Shown here piece by piece: positions 44,909 through 60,064 of a stretch of DNA of 64,000 nt; position 1 is the first letter of the stretch; the number at the start of each line of letters is the position of its first letter. A program made the translations under genes and the position numbers. Origin of the DNA: the human T2T-CHM13v2.0 reference genome, Homo sapiens; assembly GCF_009914755.1 (NCBI RefSeq), contig NC_060930.1; one strand, 5' to 3'. Under the pieces are notes generated by a model. The model saw nothing but the letters and a program-made list of their open reading frames with translations. It searched no databases and had not been told where the DNA came from.

Positions 44909-45818
44909 TGAAATAATTCTGTGAAGTCAAAAACAGAGTAAGAAATAGAGGTAGTTTATAAACCGAGCTTGTTGAACAGTCTCAAAGAGTATTTGAAACT
45001 GCCGCCTGGCCCCTGAGTTCCCCAGCTGTGATTCAGTAAGAGCGCTTCTGAAATTCTCAAGCCCTAAAGTTGAGTACAAATCCCTGCAATTCCGGGGGTC
45101 AGTTCATAGTTGGAGAGCTCCTCTGTTCCACATACATTATCTCTGAGACATGTTTTCCCTCTGCCTACGGCCCCTCTGCTCTTTAGTGTCCCACTTGGGA
45201 TTCAGTCGTTTTGTTAATGAGGCTCAGGATATGAGTCTTGCCACATCACAAGACCATCCAGCTGTCAGAAACTCAAAGATCTCTCCCTGCTTTTATTCCA
45301 AGGCAATACCTGCTCCTGTTGCTCCAAAATAAACTGCTTCTTACTGCAAACCTTTTCCTCCCTCTTGTTCTTGCCACAGCAGATATTAACAGCCTATCAA
45401 ATCTAGAGTCTCAATCATTAGCTACCCAAAAATAAGTTGCCTTATCCTCAAGGGCACAGAGGATTTAATTTCTTAAATTCTCCATGAGGTATAGAGAAAT
45501 ACTTTGCATTCCATCCTTCTAGTACATCAAAGAATGAACAAAAAAGCAAAACTGTTTTATTTCCTATTAAAACAGTCTGAGCATTCATTTGCTATCACAT
45601 GATGGGCATGAACAGTCACTTAAATCCATGATGTGGGGGCCATGGGGCAACCATTGGCTCTGCAGTCCATGATGGAGTGACTTGAGCCAGGGTACAGTGA
45701 CCACATGCCAGAGGCGTGCACACTTCCATCGTGGGACTGACGCTGGAAGGAAAGTAGGGAGAGGCAGGCAGGCAAAGGGGAGATTTTTATGAAGAGCATA
45801 TTAAACGGAGTTTTGTAA

Positions 45819-46186
<368 letters not shown>

Positions 46187-46708
46187 TGCTTAATTATAAA
46201 TGTGCAGAACTTCATTTTTCATCCAAAACGTCCCTTATTGTAAGATACATTCTTTTTTTTTATTTCTGGCTATTACATGTGATGCCTCAATGATCATCCT
46301 TGTAAATAAATATAGCTTGCACCTTTGATTATTTCATTTGAACGCAGTCCTAGAAGTAAAATTGCTAGGCCAAAGGATGTAAGCTTTTTCAAGAAAAACT
46401 GCTAAACGTTACCAAATGCCCTTCAAAGAGTTTGTGCCAATGTACATTCTCTCTCTCAATACAGAGTGCTGGACCGTAACCCTCGAAAGGCAGTGTCTTT
46501 TTGCTCTTGAACTCAATCCTCAGACTAATGGGATTTTCTTTGCAAGCATCTCTTAAGTCAGCTTTAACCACAACTTTTCATGCTTTCAAATGCTAGTGGT
46601 TTCTTCTTTTCAACGTTAAAATACTCTGCTTATGCAATTTGTGGATTTTATAAATGCTAATAAACTGGTATATATTATGAAATTTTTATTCAAATGAGTA
46701 AGAGCTAA

Positions 46709-47048
<340 letters not shown>

Positions 47049-48402
47049 GTACCAGGCTTTATTCTAAGCACTATGTATGCACATATATAAATGTTCACAA
47101 CTTAATGAAGTAGGTTCTGTTATTTTTTACAGAGGAATCATAGACACAAAGGGGTTAAATGGCTGAGCTGAGATTAAAAGGCAGGCATTCTGGCTCCATA
47201 ATCCATCCGCAGTGAGTCTAATCACTAACAGTTATTATACTATGTCTCTGATACCAAAATTAGCTATAAATTGGCCTCTTAGAAATAACACAAATAACCT
47301 TTTTGACTGCTTGTTTTCTAGAAGTCAAGGGTACAAAAATGTATCCAAAAGTGAAGTATTAATATGCCATTTAGATTCCTAGCCCAAAAAGCTCTTTCAG
47401 CCAATGAACTCACAGACTAACATCAGTCCAGATTTAAGTTCATTGCTCTAAAACTTTGATTTTAATATATGCTCTGTCTGGGATGGCTGTAAATCTTAAG
47501 AACCACGTGAAATCTTGCCCCTTTCCCCCAAGTGTACTAATAATTTCTAGTGTGGTTAATATATATTGGATAAGTTAAGGAAATAGAAGGGTAATCCCAA
47601 TTTGCTCTAGAGTATGATTGGCCTAGTCCCTATTATATCCCTAGAGAGTCTTTCTCTGCATAACTGAGACAAGATAGTATCTGGAAAAGGCATAGGGTCC
47701 TTCTCTATGGTATTGATTCCAGAGGAAGTATAAATAATCAGCATCCAATAAAGGCACATTGATCAGGACCCAGCAGGTTTGGAGGGTCTGGTAGGAAGCA
47801 GGGACTCACCCTGGGACAGGTCTTGTAACAGTGGACTTGGAGACTACTTGAAAAAATAAACAAGCTCCACAATAAGCACCACATAACCTTAAAGGAATGC
47901 CCTAAGCCCTGGAAAGACAAAAGGCCTGTGCCCAGAAGAATCATGTGCCACTAAGAGTAGCATGGGCTACTCAATCTTGATGCTGGTGCACAAACTGCTG
48001 CCAGGGACTGTTGGCCTTCCCAGGAGGTCAACCGACCATGTCCCAAAAGCAGCAAAAAAAGCTTAGTCTTGGGGCAGCCTCTGTCCCCACTTCCATGGTT
48101 ATCATCCCTGGCCCTGCATGGGTACTATAACCAGAAGGGAGAAGGGCAAGTGCTCCGTGGCAATTCCACATTAGTGGCCAAGAAAAGAAATAAGACCCTG
48201 AGCACCATCTGATAGAGTGGGGCTCCTGAAATTGAGGACAGGACTTGAGTGAAAGTGACAAAGTGATTTGTACTTGATATTATCCAGGAACAAAGACTTT
48301 AGACCATATGTTCTATGTCATGCCAGTTGTTCAGGTATCCTAACAGTTAGAACCCTTTTTCACTCCCAGAGTTTCTCAGTTTGGCTGATAAATTATGCGA
48401 TC

Positions 48403-50030
48403 AGACTTCCCATTCCAGTCAAGATGGAGCAGCCCAATTTCCTACTAGTCTTTCCTCTTACAACTTAAAAACCCTGGACGTAATGCAACAAACATAGGAA
48501 AATTGAAAGATGGAAAGAAGGAGAGGCTTCTAGGGACATCAGGACTCGAGGAACAACACAGAGGTGAGTTCCCTGGGTTTTCTTTTATCCTCTCATATAT
48601 CCCAGATTGGACAATAGAGAAGCCTGCAACCCGGAACTGCCAATAGGTACAGGTAAAGAAACTTGTCCCTATAATCAAAGGACCAGAAAAAGGGCACAAG
48701 AAGAACCTTTTTGATAATGCTTACCTGCCCAAAACACCAAAGGAAAAACTGTCCATACCCACCACCTCCAGGTGTCAGTGGGGCTAAGCAGAGAGCTGAA
48801 TGTCCACCCACATGTGGTGGCAACAAGCTGGGGACGTAAGTGGGCCTTCTGCTTTTGCAGGAATAATGTCAGCCAGGCCCATCAGAGAACTAAACTTCCA
48901 CTATCACACAACAGCAGGGAGGCCAAGTGAGACAGTGCAAGGGACTCTTATCAACATTTCCCTTCCCCTCTGTGCTCATGCCAACTGGTGCTCTGCAATA
49001 CAACTCTCGCACAAACCAGCAGAGTTCATGCAGATCCTGAAAGTTAAAGGGATCTCAACAAGACCGCTGTCACTTCAGATGCCAGCTGCACCTCAGGGGT
49101 CCCCAGGTCAATCACACTTAGGACCAAGTGTCTACAAATTCTAGAGGTCCCACGATCCTCTGATGTTTCATAATTCAATAGAAGGACTCACAGAACTCAG
49201 TAAAGCACCTTACTTATGGTTACAGTTTTATTACGCAGGATAAAAATCAGGACCAGCCAAGTGGAGAGACACATAGGTGAATCCTGGGGGGTCCTAAGTG
49301 CAGAGTTCCCATGCCTTCAACCCATGAAATCAGAGTGGGTCAAATCAATGTGTTTACCAGGCAGGTAACTCCACTGAGCTTCAGTGTCCAGAGTTTTTAT
49401 TGAGGTTTCATGACATAGGCATGGTTGAGTAAATCATTGGTCACATGACTCAACTCAATCTCCATCCCCCCTACTCTCCCCAAGGTCAGGCTGGCTCCAA
49501 ATCCCACCCCTCTCATCTCAACATAAACTAAGGTGCGATCCAAGGGGCTCATGAAAAACAAAGACACTCCTCTTACTTGGGAATTTCCAAAGACTTAGAG
49601 TCTCCTTCTCAGGAGCCAGGGACAAAGTCAAATCCTTTATTACACAACAACACAGTCCCTTTTCCCCCTCCCCACTCCTGGTATCGACAGTCCAAGCAAG
49701 ACTTCCACCCCCACCCATTAGCTACAAGGCAGAGTGAGGCAAAGCAAGGCGGGGTCAGCTGGCACTCCACTCTGGCTGGGCTGATATCAGTGGAGCCCAG
49801 TGAGAGCTGAACATCCACTCCCATCTGGACCCACACAGTACACTTCAACAGGGTGACTGCCTGCAAAAAAGAAGAGTAAATAGGATCAGCAGTCTCATAA
49901 TATGATACCCAAAGTGTCCAGAATATGACTGAAAATCACCTGTCATACCAAGAACAAGGGAAATCTCCACTTAAATGAGAAGGGACCATTGACAGAAACT
50001 GACACCAAGGTGACCCATATGTAGGAAGAT
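48403..50030 (+). mobile_element. Ancient L1M 5' UTR/ORF1 start, interrupted by MER21
   Basis: gacttcccattccagtcaagatggag start motif; later aaagtgtccagaatatgactgaaaatcacctgtcataccaagaac. Confidence 0.6.
48950..49635. mobile_element. MER21-family LTR
   Basis: cacttcagatgccagctgca, gactcacagaactcag, agagtttttattgaggtttcatgacataggcatg, ttctcaggagccagggacaaag. Confidence 0.8.
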
Positions 50031-50080
50031 ATTTAAGTTGCGTGATTGACCCAACTATGAATGTAATGCAGATCATCTCA

Positions 50081-51586
50081 TACTGGAGAAAAGTGTAATT
50101 CTGGAAGCAAGATCATTGTGAGGAATGGTTTTCAAGAGGTGGCAATGTCAGCTTTAGAGTTTTCTAGAAACAGAGTCAAGTTGAGAGAGGCAGGGGAAAG
50201 CAAAAAGCAAACAACTGGGACAGAGCTAAGACCCCTCTTGACCAGGTAGAGTCCAGCCGGTCTTGCAATCAGGCCAAGGGGAATGAGTGACCTTCAGCTT
50301 AATTCTGCACAGGTCGGTCTCCAAGGCATCATCAATGTGAGGAAGCAAGTGAGGGTTCAGATGTGGGGCCCTGGCAGTGCTCAAGGATGGTCCAGACCAG
50401 GCAGACCTGGAGAAGATGGCTCATTAGGGGTGATGAGAGATGAGGAGACCAGTTCAAACCCAAAAGGCCATTCACTTGGAGGAGAGGGGGATCTTTGGCA
50501 GTCAGCTACTTGTGGAGGTTTTCCTGTCAGCTAGAATACAAAAATATTTGCTCTCAGTATTATCCAACCTGGTGTGTGTGCGTGTTGTGTGTGTGTGTGT
50601 GTCATTTATAGCGCAGTGTATGCTAAAGGCTCTGGAAGGAAAACAGAGGTCAATGGAGACAAGTATGGCAATCCTAGTACTGGGAAAGATGTAGGAAGCA
50701 AACCTCTGTTGCCCATAGACTTTGGATTTGAGGTTGATGTTGAAAGTGGAGAGTTGCTTTCCAGGCAGAGTTTGGGATGATGCTGAGGATGATCTCAGTG
50801 TGGGAGAGCAGGGCTGATGATAGCCATGCCGTGGCTTGGTCACAGGAGCTTGAAATGGAACTTGTTCCATTGAGACACGCAAACCACTGATTCTACAAGC
50901 TTAACATTAACGGGTCAGGTCATGAATCCTTCCTCTGTACTCTCCCAGCTCATCACAACTGCTTTGAACCATATGTATTTGTGTGTGTGTTGTGGCGGGT
51001 AAATTGTGAGACAGCAAGGAGGCACTGTGACCTTGAATATTGATCCCTATATCAACCCCTTTGTCCATATACTACAAAATCTGAACACACACACCAGCTT
51101 GGATCATGCTGAGAACAAAGAGATTTGCATTCTAGCTCACAGAAAAACTTCCCAAACTAGCTGACTGCCAAAGACCCCCTCTGCTCCAAGTGAGTGGCTT
51201 CTGAGTTTGGGCTGGGCTCCTCATCTCCCTTCACCCCTAATGAATCCTCTTTTCCAGGTAGTCGCCTGGTCTGCACTGTCTCTGAGCACTGCCTGGGCCC
51301 CACATCCGAACCCTCACTTGCTTCCTAACATTAGTGATGCCTTGGAGACCAACCTGTGCAGAATTTTGTTGGAGGTGGCTCACAGCCTTTGGCCTGGTTA
51401 CATGACCTGCTGGTCTCTACCTGGTCAATGAAGGGGTCTTAGCTCTGCTCCAATTATTTGCATTTTGCATTCCTCTGCCTCTCTCAACTTTATCCTGATT
51501 CAGAAAACTCTAAGGTTGACACTGCCACCTCTTGAAAACCATACCTCACAACCATCTTGCTTTCATAATTAAGCTCTTCTTTAGTA
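50081..51586. repeat. Long inverted duplication: arms 50081-50580 and 51085-51586, ~500-bp spacer
   Basis: Manual alignment of arm 1 with the reverse complement of arm 2 gave about 85 differences in ~504 columns (~83% identity), collinear throughout. Confidence 0.93.
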
Positions 51587-52860
51587 AAGTCCTCCTGAGT
51601 TGGTTTCAGTGTCTGCCATCTTGGTGTTGGTACTGTTGACTGTCTCTTCTCACTCGAGTGGAGATTTTCCCAGTCTTGGTGGGGTGAGTGATTTTCAGTC
51701 CTACCCTGGATACTCTGGATCTCATGTTGCCAAGAGCATCGGATCTTGGAAACACCTGAAGGCGCTAAGCAGCGCCCACGCCACCCCCAGATAAAAAAAC
51801 TCCTTTCAGATCTGTATTGGTTCACTAATCACTCTCAGGGCCAGACATACCAATCTTCTCAGGGAATCTTCAAAGTGGGAAGGACACAAAATTAGGGTAA
51901 TTTGTTCTTCCCCTCCAAAGGGTGTCAAATATCATAAGGAAAAAAACTAAGAAAACACAACTTGAAATTCCCCCAAGCTTCCCAAGTTTGAAAAACACAT
52001 TTCTCAGAGGAAAGCCTCTGATTTCCATACCTCCAACCTATAAAACAGAGAAAACACGAAGTCTGGCAGGCCCTGGGCTAAAGAGCTATTTATTATGGCA
52101 CAGCCAGTTGTCACCGTCCACATGAAGTCATCTGGGCCTGAGCATGTGAGGCGGTTGGCTTGGAAGGCCGTGACATTCCTTGAGCTATGGAATATTGTTT
52201 TGGCAAAATACTGAAAGTGGCTGTATGTTGTCACCCTCAGGAAACCGTCCAATGCCTCCCTCATCCAGTTCCTCATGAGCCCGCCATTCCCCTCAGACAC
52301 AATCCCCTCTCCCTGGGCATCCTCTGTGGACACACTCTTCGTGTGCTGGGAGGGACACCACACCTCCCAACAGAACAGAAAGGTGTCAAGGCGACCTGAC
52401 CAGGGCCCTGGAGAAGGAGCCTCTATCTGTGCAGCAAGACACAGTAGGGACTCGGCCACAGCCAGCATTCTTTCAGAAGAGCTGATGGGGGAAGTGAGGA
52501 ATAGGAGGTGTTCTTGGCAGGGGACCAGGACTCCGAAGCCTTCCTCAAGCAGAAGGGCCTCAGTGCTGCTTGCCAGCTCGTACTTTTTCAGCTGACTAGA
52601 TGTGAGAGAAAACTTTGCAGAGAAAATGGAAAAACGTGTCTTAGAAATAAACCAGTGCCAGTCCAAGTTTCTGTTGTATTGCTGTGCCTTGTGGCCTGCC
52701 CTGGCCCATGGTCATGTTGAGATGGCTTGCCGTGGCATGCCGTCCCAGCTCTGAGATGAGGCGTGTTTCAGAGAGCTCACTTTCACCTGGGTGAGCCGTT
52801 ATAAAATTGTCCCCTTTTAGAGAATTGGGATTTTAGAGCTGGAAGGAATCTTAGAAATCA

Positions 52861-53181
<321 letters not shown>

Positions 53182-53490
53182 GCTACTCTAACACTTACTT
53201 TCACTGATGAAAAGATGAGGCTCACAGACGTTAAGTAACTTATACCAACTTTTTACACAGCAATCCAGTTGCAGACCCAGGAATGGTGCTGAGGTCTCCA
53301 GAGGATGCAGAACTCTTTCTATCTCAACCATAGACTCTCTACAGCTTTTGTTTGAGCCTGATTTCCAAATTGACCCTAAATTAAAATATTTTGTTTTAAA
53401 ATTAAAATATTTTAAATGAAGATACCGAAAAACAATTCAAACCTTTAGATACCTTCCTAAATTTCTGTGCTTCTTTGGAGCAAATAATAC

Positions 53491-53809
<319 letters not shown>

Positions 53810-54003
53810 TAGAATTTAAGCCATCAAAATGTGAAGTGCCCAATGTAACCCTATTCAACAGAATCAAATGATTTCAGACTTCGAGATGTTTAGAATGGCA
53901 TTTTAAGTCAACCTCTGGTTTGGGGGCAGTGCCATAAGTAAACATGCCATGGTCATGCTTGCTATGTCATTTGATTTATTTGGAGCCTTTAATTTAGTCA
54001 TGA

Positions 54004-54967
<964 letters not shown>

Positions 54968-55284
54968 GGTTAGTATGTCAGACATGCTGATGACATTCCT
55001 GGCCAATAACACAAAGCCAAGAAAGTGGATACTAGGTAGGACATATGTTTAACCTAATGTAGAACATTCACAAACAATACACAGGCAGTTCTGGGGTTTG
55101 TATGTTTTCCATAAAGCAATCATTGGTGAATACCTGTACTGACAAGAAGATAGGGTTCATATTCCTTACAGAATATGTTATTTAGATAAACACCAACTGC
55201 TCATTGAACAAAGTCTTTTATGAGTCTATATTTTGGAGACACTACCCCTCCCAGACTTGTTCTCAGAGGCATCGGTATCTCCAG

Positions 55285-56010
<726 letters not shown>

Positions 56011-56011
56011 A

Positions 56012-56284
56012 GGTCCTTGGCTATGGCCACATCACTGCAGTTTCTGCCTCCAAGGTCACATCGTCTTGTCCTCTGTATGACTAATCTCCCTCTGCCTCTG
56101 TCTTACAATGACACTGTGATGGCATTTAGGGCTCACCCAAATTACCGAGGATAATCTCACCTCAAGATCCTTAACTTAATTATTCCTGCAAAGTATTGGA
56201 TCCTTTTTCCAAATAAAGTTACATTTACAGGTTCCAGGGAGTAGGACCTAAGATCTTTGGGGAGCCATTATTCTGCGTACCACA
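56012..56284 (-). mobile_element. MLT1C LTR 5' half in opposite orientation
   Basis: ggataatctcacctcaagatccttaacttaatt...caggttccaggga...gccattattctgcgtaccaca. Confidence 0.82.
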
Positions 56285-56834
56285 ACTTTCAAATCATGCT
56301 GGCTTTAACGTAGTTTAAGACCAACATGGGTGGTGGTGGCCCTCCTCCGTCTTGTGGTGTGCCATCTGGAACACTTGGCTGCCGGGGTCACAGCAACAAA
56401 GAAAGAAGAGAGATGGGAAAGGACTCCAGGCTCTTACCTACCTTTGCCTGAAATTGACTAACATCAATTCTGCTCACAGCTCATCGGCCAGAAGTAATCA
56501 TGCGAACCTGACCTAACTGCAAAGAAGGTCAACATATGTAAGGAGGCAAGAGGGCATTTGGTGAACACTGACTATCTCTGCAACATGCTGAGGGAGGTCA
56601 TCAAATTAGGTGGGGATATACCATGGCAGACAACTACTGCTCTCTCACCCAGCACCATCCTCTCTTCCTCCACTACAGCATCCCCCTCCTTTGCCGAACT
56701 GCACTTCCCCACACAACTTAGTTCCAGTCTCAAAGTTGGCAGCATGACCCTGTCTGTCCAAAGTGTTACCATGGAGCTTTCCATTTGGATGTTAAGAGGA
56801 AAAGATATCTCTTCCTTTGCCAAGCTGGTGCAAT

Positions 56835-57540
56835 GCAGTTCTGACACTCACTACCCTGTGCCCTGTGTTAAGGGCACAGTCCTCCATGGACTGCCCTCAC
56901 TTCAGACACCAGCTGCTAGTTCAGAGGTCCCAGGGCTACCCACACTCCTGACCAACTGCTACAAATTTAACGTTTCCCACCAATTATCAAGAATAATCAG
57001 GTTAGATAATTCACTGGAATAACTCACAGAACTTAAGAAAACACTATACTCAATATCCCAGATTTATTACAGCACAAAGATACAAATGAGGACCACACAA
57101 ATGAAGACACACATGGGCTGATGTCAGGGAGGGCTCCAAACATGAAGCTCCCATGTCCTCAGGAGGCATCACCCTCCAGCGCACGGATGTACGATCATCA
57201 GAGTTTTTATTGGGGTTTCCTTCTGTAGGTCTGATTGCCTGAGTCATCAGCCATGTGATTGAACTCAGCCTCCACTACCCTACCCTCTCAAGAGGTTGGC
57301 TGATATTTCTGGCTCACAGCCCCAGCTCTCTAAAGGTTGGTTTTTCTGGCTGAGCAGCCTCCATCCTGAAACTGTCTAGGGGCTGACCATGAGTCACCTC
57401 TTCAGTATAAATCAGGTGTGGTCTAAGCGGCCCACAGCGAATAACAACGGCACTCCTATGACTCGGGAAATTCCAAGAGTTTAGAGGCTTCTTCCCAGGA
57501 ACCAGGGCCAAAGGCTTGCCAGATTCCTTAAACAACAGCT
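56835..57540. mobile_element. MER21-family LTR (second copy)
   Basis: gactgccctcacttcagacaccagct, aactcacagaact, gagtttttattggggtttc, ggaaattccaagagtttagaggc...aggaaccaggg. Confidence 0.8.
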
Positions 57541-58866
57541 GGGTGATAAAAGTCTGTAGCCATGTGCAGCCAGGTCCACTCACTCCTCTGCCCACCCCAC
57601 CACCTACCATCTAGAGGAAACCATCTATAATAAGAGAGAAGAAAACCAACACAGAAGGAGAATTGGAGATGAGAGCGGCAGAATGGGAACAAGCCCTGGC
57701 AAACATAATCGGATTCCTGTGAGGCATCCCTGTCTTTCCCACTTACAGCCAGTAAAGCTCGACTCTTGCTTAAGCCACAGGCAGTTGAATTCCTGTCACT
57801 TGAAACCAAAAGAAACAAATATCCTGGTCCTTCAGTAGCATACTCTCTCACTGAGGGCTGAGACATGCAAATGAGAAATTAATTAACAGTTGGTGGGCAA
57901 ACATTTAAGGATAAACACACAGCCATTTACGAGTAAGGACCAAAACAGGAGGACAAAACTTTTCCCTGCGAAGGCTTGAGAGCTATGAAATTCACCTTTG
58001 TTCCAGTTCTCCCTTTATTCTATAAAATGCCAGTGTGTGAAACGACAGGACAAACTCTCTATGAAACCTACCTAAGAGTTGGCAGAAAGAACACAAGGAA
58101 GAGAGGAATCCCCGCAATAATCCACCTTATCCTTACTGCAGGGTGTGTTTCGTTATCTCCAAGGTAGTGGAGTAGGTTAGAAGGAGAAGCAGAATCACAA
58201 AATTCTAAAAATACATATTGATGTTAAAACGGAAATGTCCATTAAGTTTCATTTGCTTTTAAAAAATATTAATTTACACTCACCAAAATAAACTGAAAGG
58301 TGCATTTCAGCAAATCAAAGGTGGGGAGTGGTGATGACAAACCACACAAGTGATGACGTTTTCCCCCTTACGAAGTACTGGAAATCACTGCTTTATACAA
58401 TAGGTGTGTTTTTGAGAATCTCTCAGACACTGGATGACTCAAAGCCTAGTTTACCACTGATTTCCAAGATGATGTCAGCAACGCAGTCTGCTCCATTCAA
58501 CCTGGCAATCGGCTCTGTGCAGGCGATGCCCCACCTGCCCCTGCTGGACACATAAGTGATGCAAAAACAAGTACTGAGCAGGCAGCACTTCTCTGAGAAG
58601 TATGTTTCATGGCACCAGCAGAACCTTAACTCTGCTGTGGGTGTGCTGGGTGGAGATAGGCAGGCAGAGCTCCAGTCTGGGTGTGTCTCACTAATGTTCT
58701 ACAGAAAGCTCCCTTCCTCAGAGGTGAAGTTGTCAGCTTCAGGGTGAGCTGGTGGGTCCCCAAGGGCAGGTTCCACCTCCAACATCAGTTCATAGACCTT
58801 TGTCCAGGAGCTTCAGTGTCCATAAACCTGAGGACACTGGACAGGGCTGGTAAGAGTGTCATTATT

Positions 58867-59163
58867 GGCCAGGTGCGGCGGCTCACCCCTGTAATCCCAG
58901 CACTTTGGGAGGCTGAGGCAGGTGTATCACGAGGTCAGGAGATTGAGACCATCCTGGTTAACACAGTGAAACCCTGTCTCTACTAAAAATACAAAAAGTT
59001 AGCCTGGCGTGGTGGCAGGTGCCTGTAGTCCCAGCTACTCAGGGGGCTGAGGCAGGAGAATGGCATGAACCCGGAAGGCGGAGCTTGCAGTGAGTGGAGA
59101 TCGCCCCACTGCACTCCAGCCTGGGTGACAGTGCAAGACTCTGTCTCAAAAAAAAAAAAAAAA
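58867..59163 (+). mobile_element. AluY
   Basis: gagaccatcctggttaacacagtg and gcggagcttgcagtgag; TSD aagagt(gtc/atg)attatt. Confidence 0.93.
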
Positions 59164-59544
59164 GAGTATGATTATTGACAATCCACAGGCTCAGGAACTG
59201 GTAGACAGTATTTGGCAAAATGGTCTGCTGAATGAGCACCTCCAACTACACGCTGAGATGTCCTTTTGTAGTGCAAAGCATGTCTCTGCTAACATGACAT
59301 CACACCCACAGGCCTGTAATTTTGGTAAATTTTGAACCCTAAGATAATAGATAATATACCTCACCTCTACCCAGTTGGTGTATCAATAAGCCAAAAATGA
59401 GTTTCCATGATAACCAACTGCTTCCAAGACTGTGGTTTAGAAAATGGGAGCTTCAGAATATAACAACAGCACCTAGGAAACTAGTATGAACCATCTGCCC
59501 AGCAGCGGGGCCAGCTGAGACTTGAGAATTGAGGAAAATAAGGA

Positions 59545-59730
59545 CAATTTATTTGTATTCCCTATGTGCCAGGTGCGGTATTAAGAATTGTATACATATT
59601 TTCATTAATTCTCACAGTAATCCAACATGATAGATATTATAATCCCCATTTTCCAGATGAGGAAACTGAGGCTGAGAGATGTCCAATAGGTGGTGGAACC
59701 AGGATGCAAATGCCCATCCAGCTCCAAAAC
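59545..59730 (-). mobile_element. MIR
   Basis: cctatgtgccagg...atccccattttccagatgaggaaactgaggctgagaga. Confidence 0.8.
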
Positions 59731-59879
59731 CCTCATTGCAAACTCCTGCTCCTGTGCAGCCAACACTGCTGATTGCCTTCCACCTGCCGTTACCTGCCTC
59801 TTCGACACTTGCAGAATCCCAGTTTTATACTAGCAAGTAGCCTCTCCCCAATTATCCAAGTAGACTGTTAGTGCTCTAA

Positions 59880-60060
59880 GCCAGCACCATCCAAGAGAAA
59901 CAGAACGTGAGCCAAAATGCAAGCTACATGTGCAATTTCAAATTTTGTGGTGGGCAAAACAAACATAAAAGAAAAAAATAATTTTATAACCTATTTCATT
60001 ATTTGTTTCATTAAACCCAAAGTATCCAAAATATTATCATTTTGACATGTAATCAAATCA
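59880..60060. mobile_element. MER33/MER3-like hAT-Charlie fragment
   Basis: ccagcaccatccaagagaaa...gtgagcca...aacccaaagtatccaaaatattatcattttgacatgtaatcaa. Confidence 0.6.
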
Positions 60061-60064
60061 CAAA

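Noticed and set aside
52004-52666. 220-aa minus-strand ORF, the longest non-repeat ORF
   Set aside because: It starts at a non-ATG codon, has no recognisable domain or exon context, and overlapping ORFs occur in other frames. Not supportable without homology or Ribo-seq evidence.
52796-52806. Overlapping MYB-like ccgtta and tataaaa near the long inverted repeat (a pachytene piRNA promoter was considered)
   Set aside because: Short motifs expected by chance, the TATA points away from the hairpin, and TE density is high. The sequence alone cannot support a piRNA cluster.
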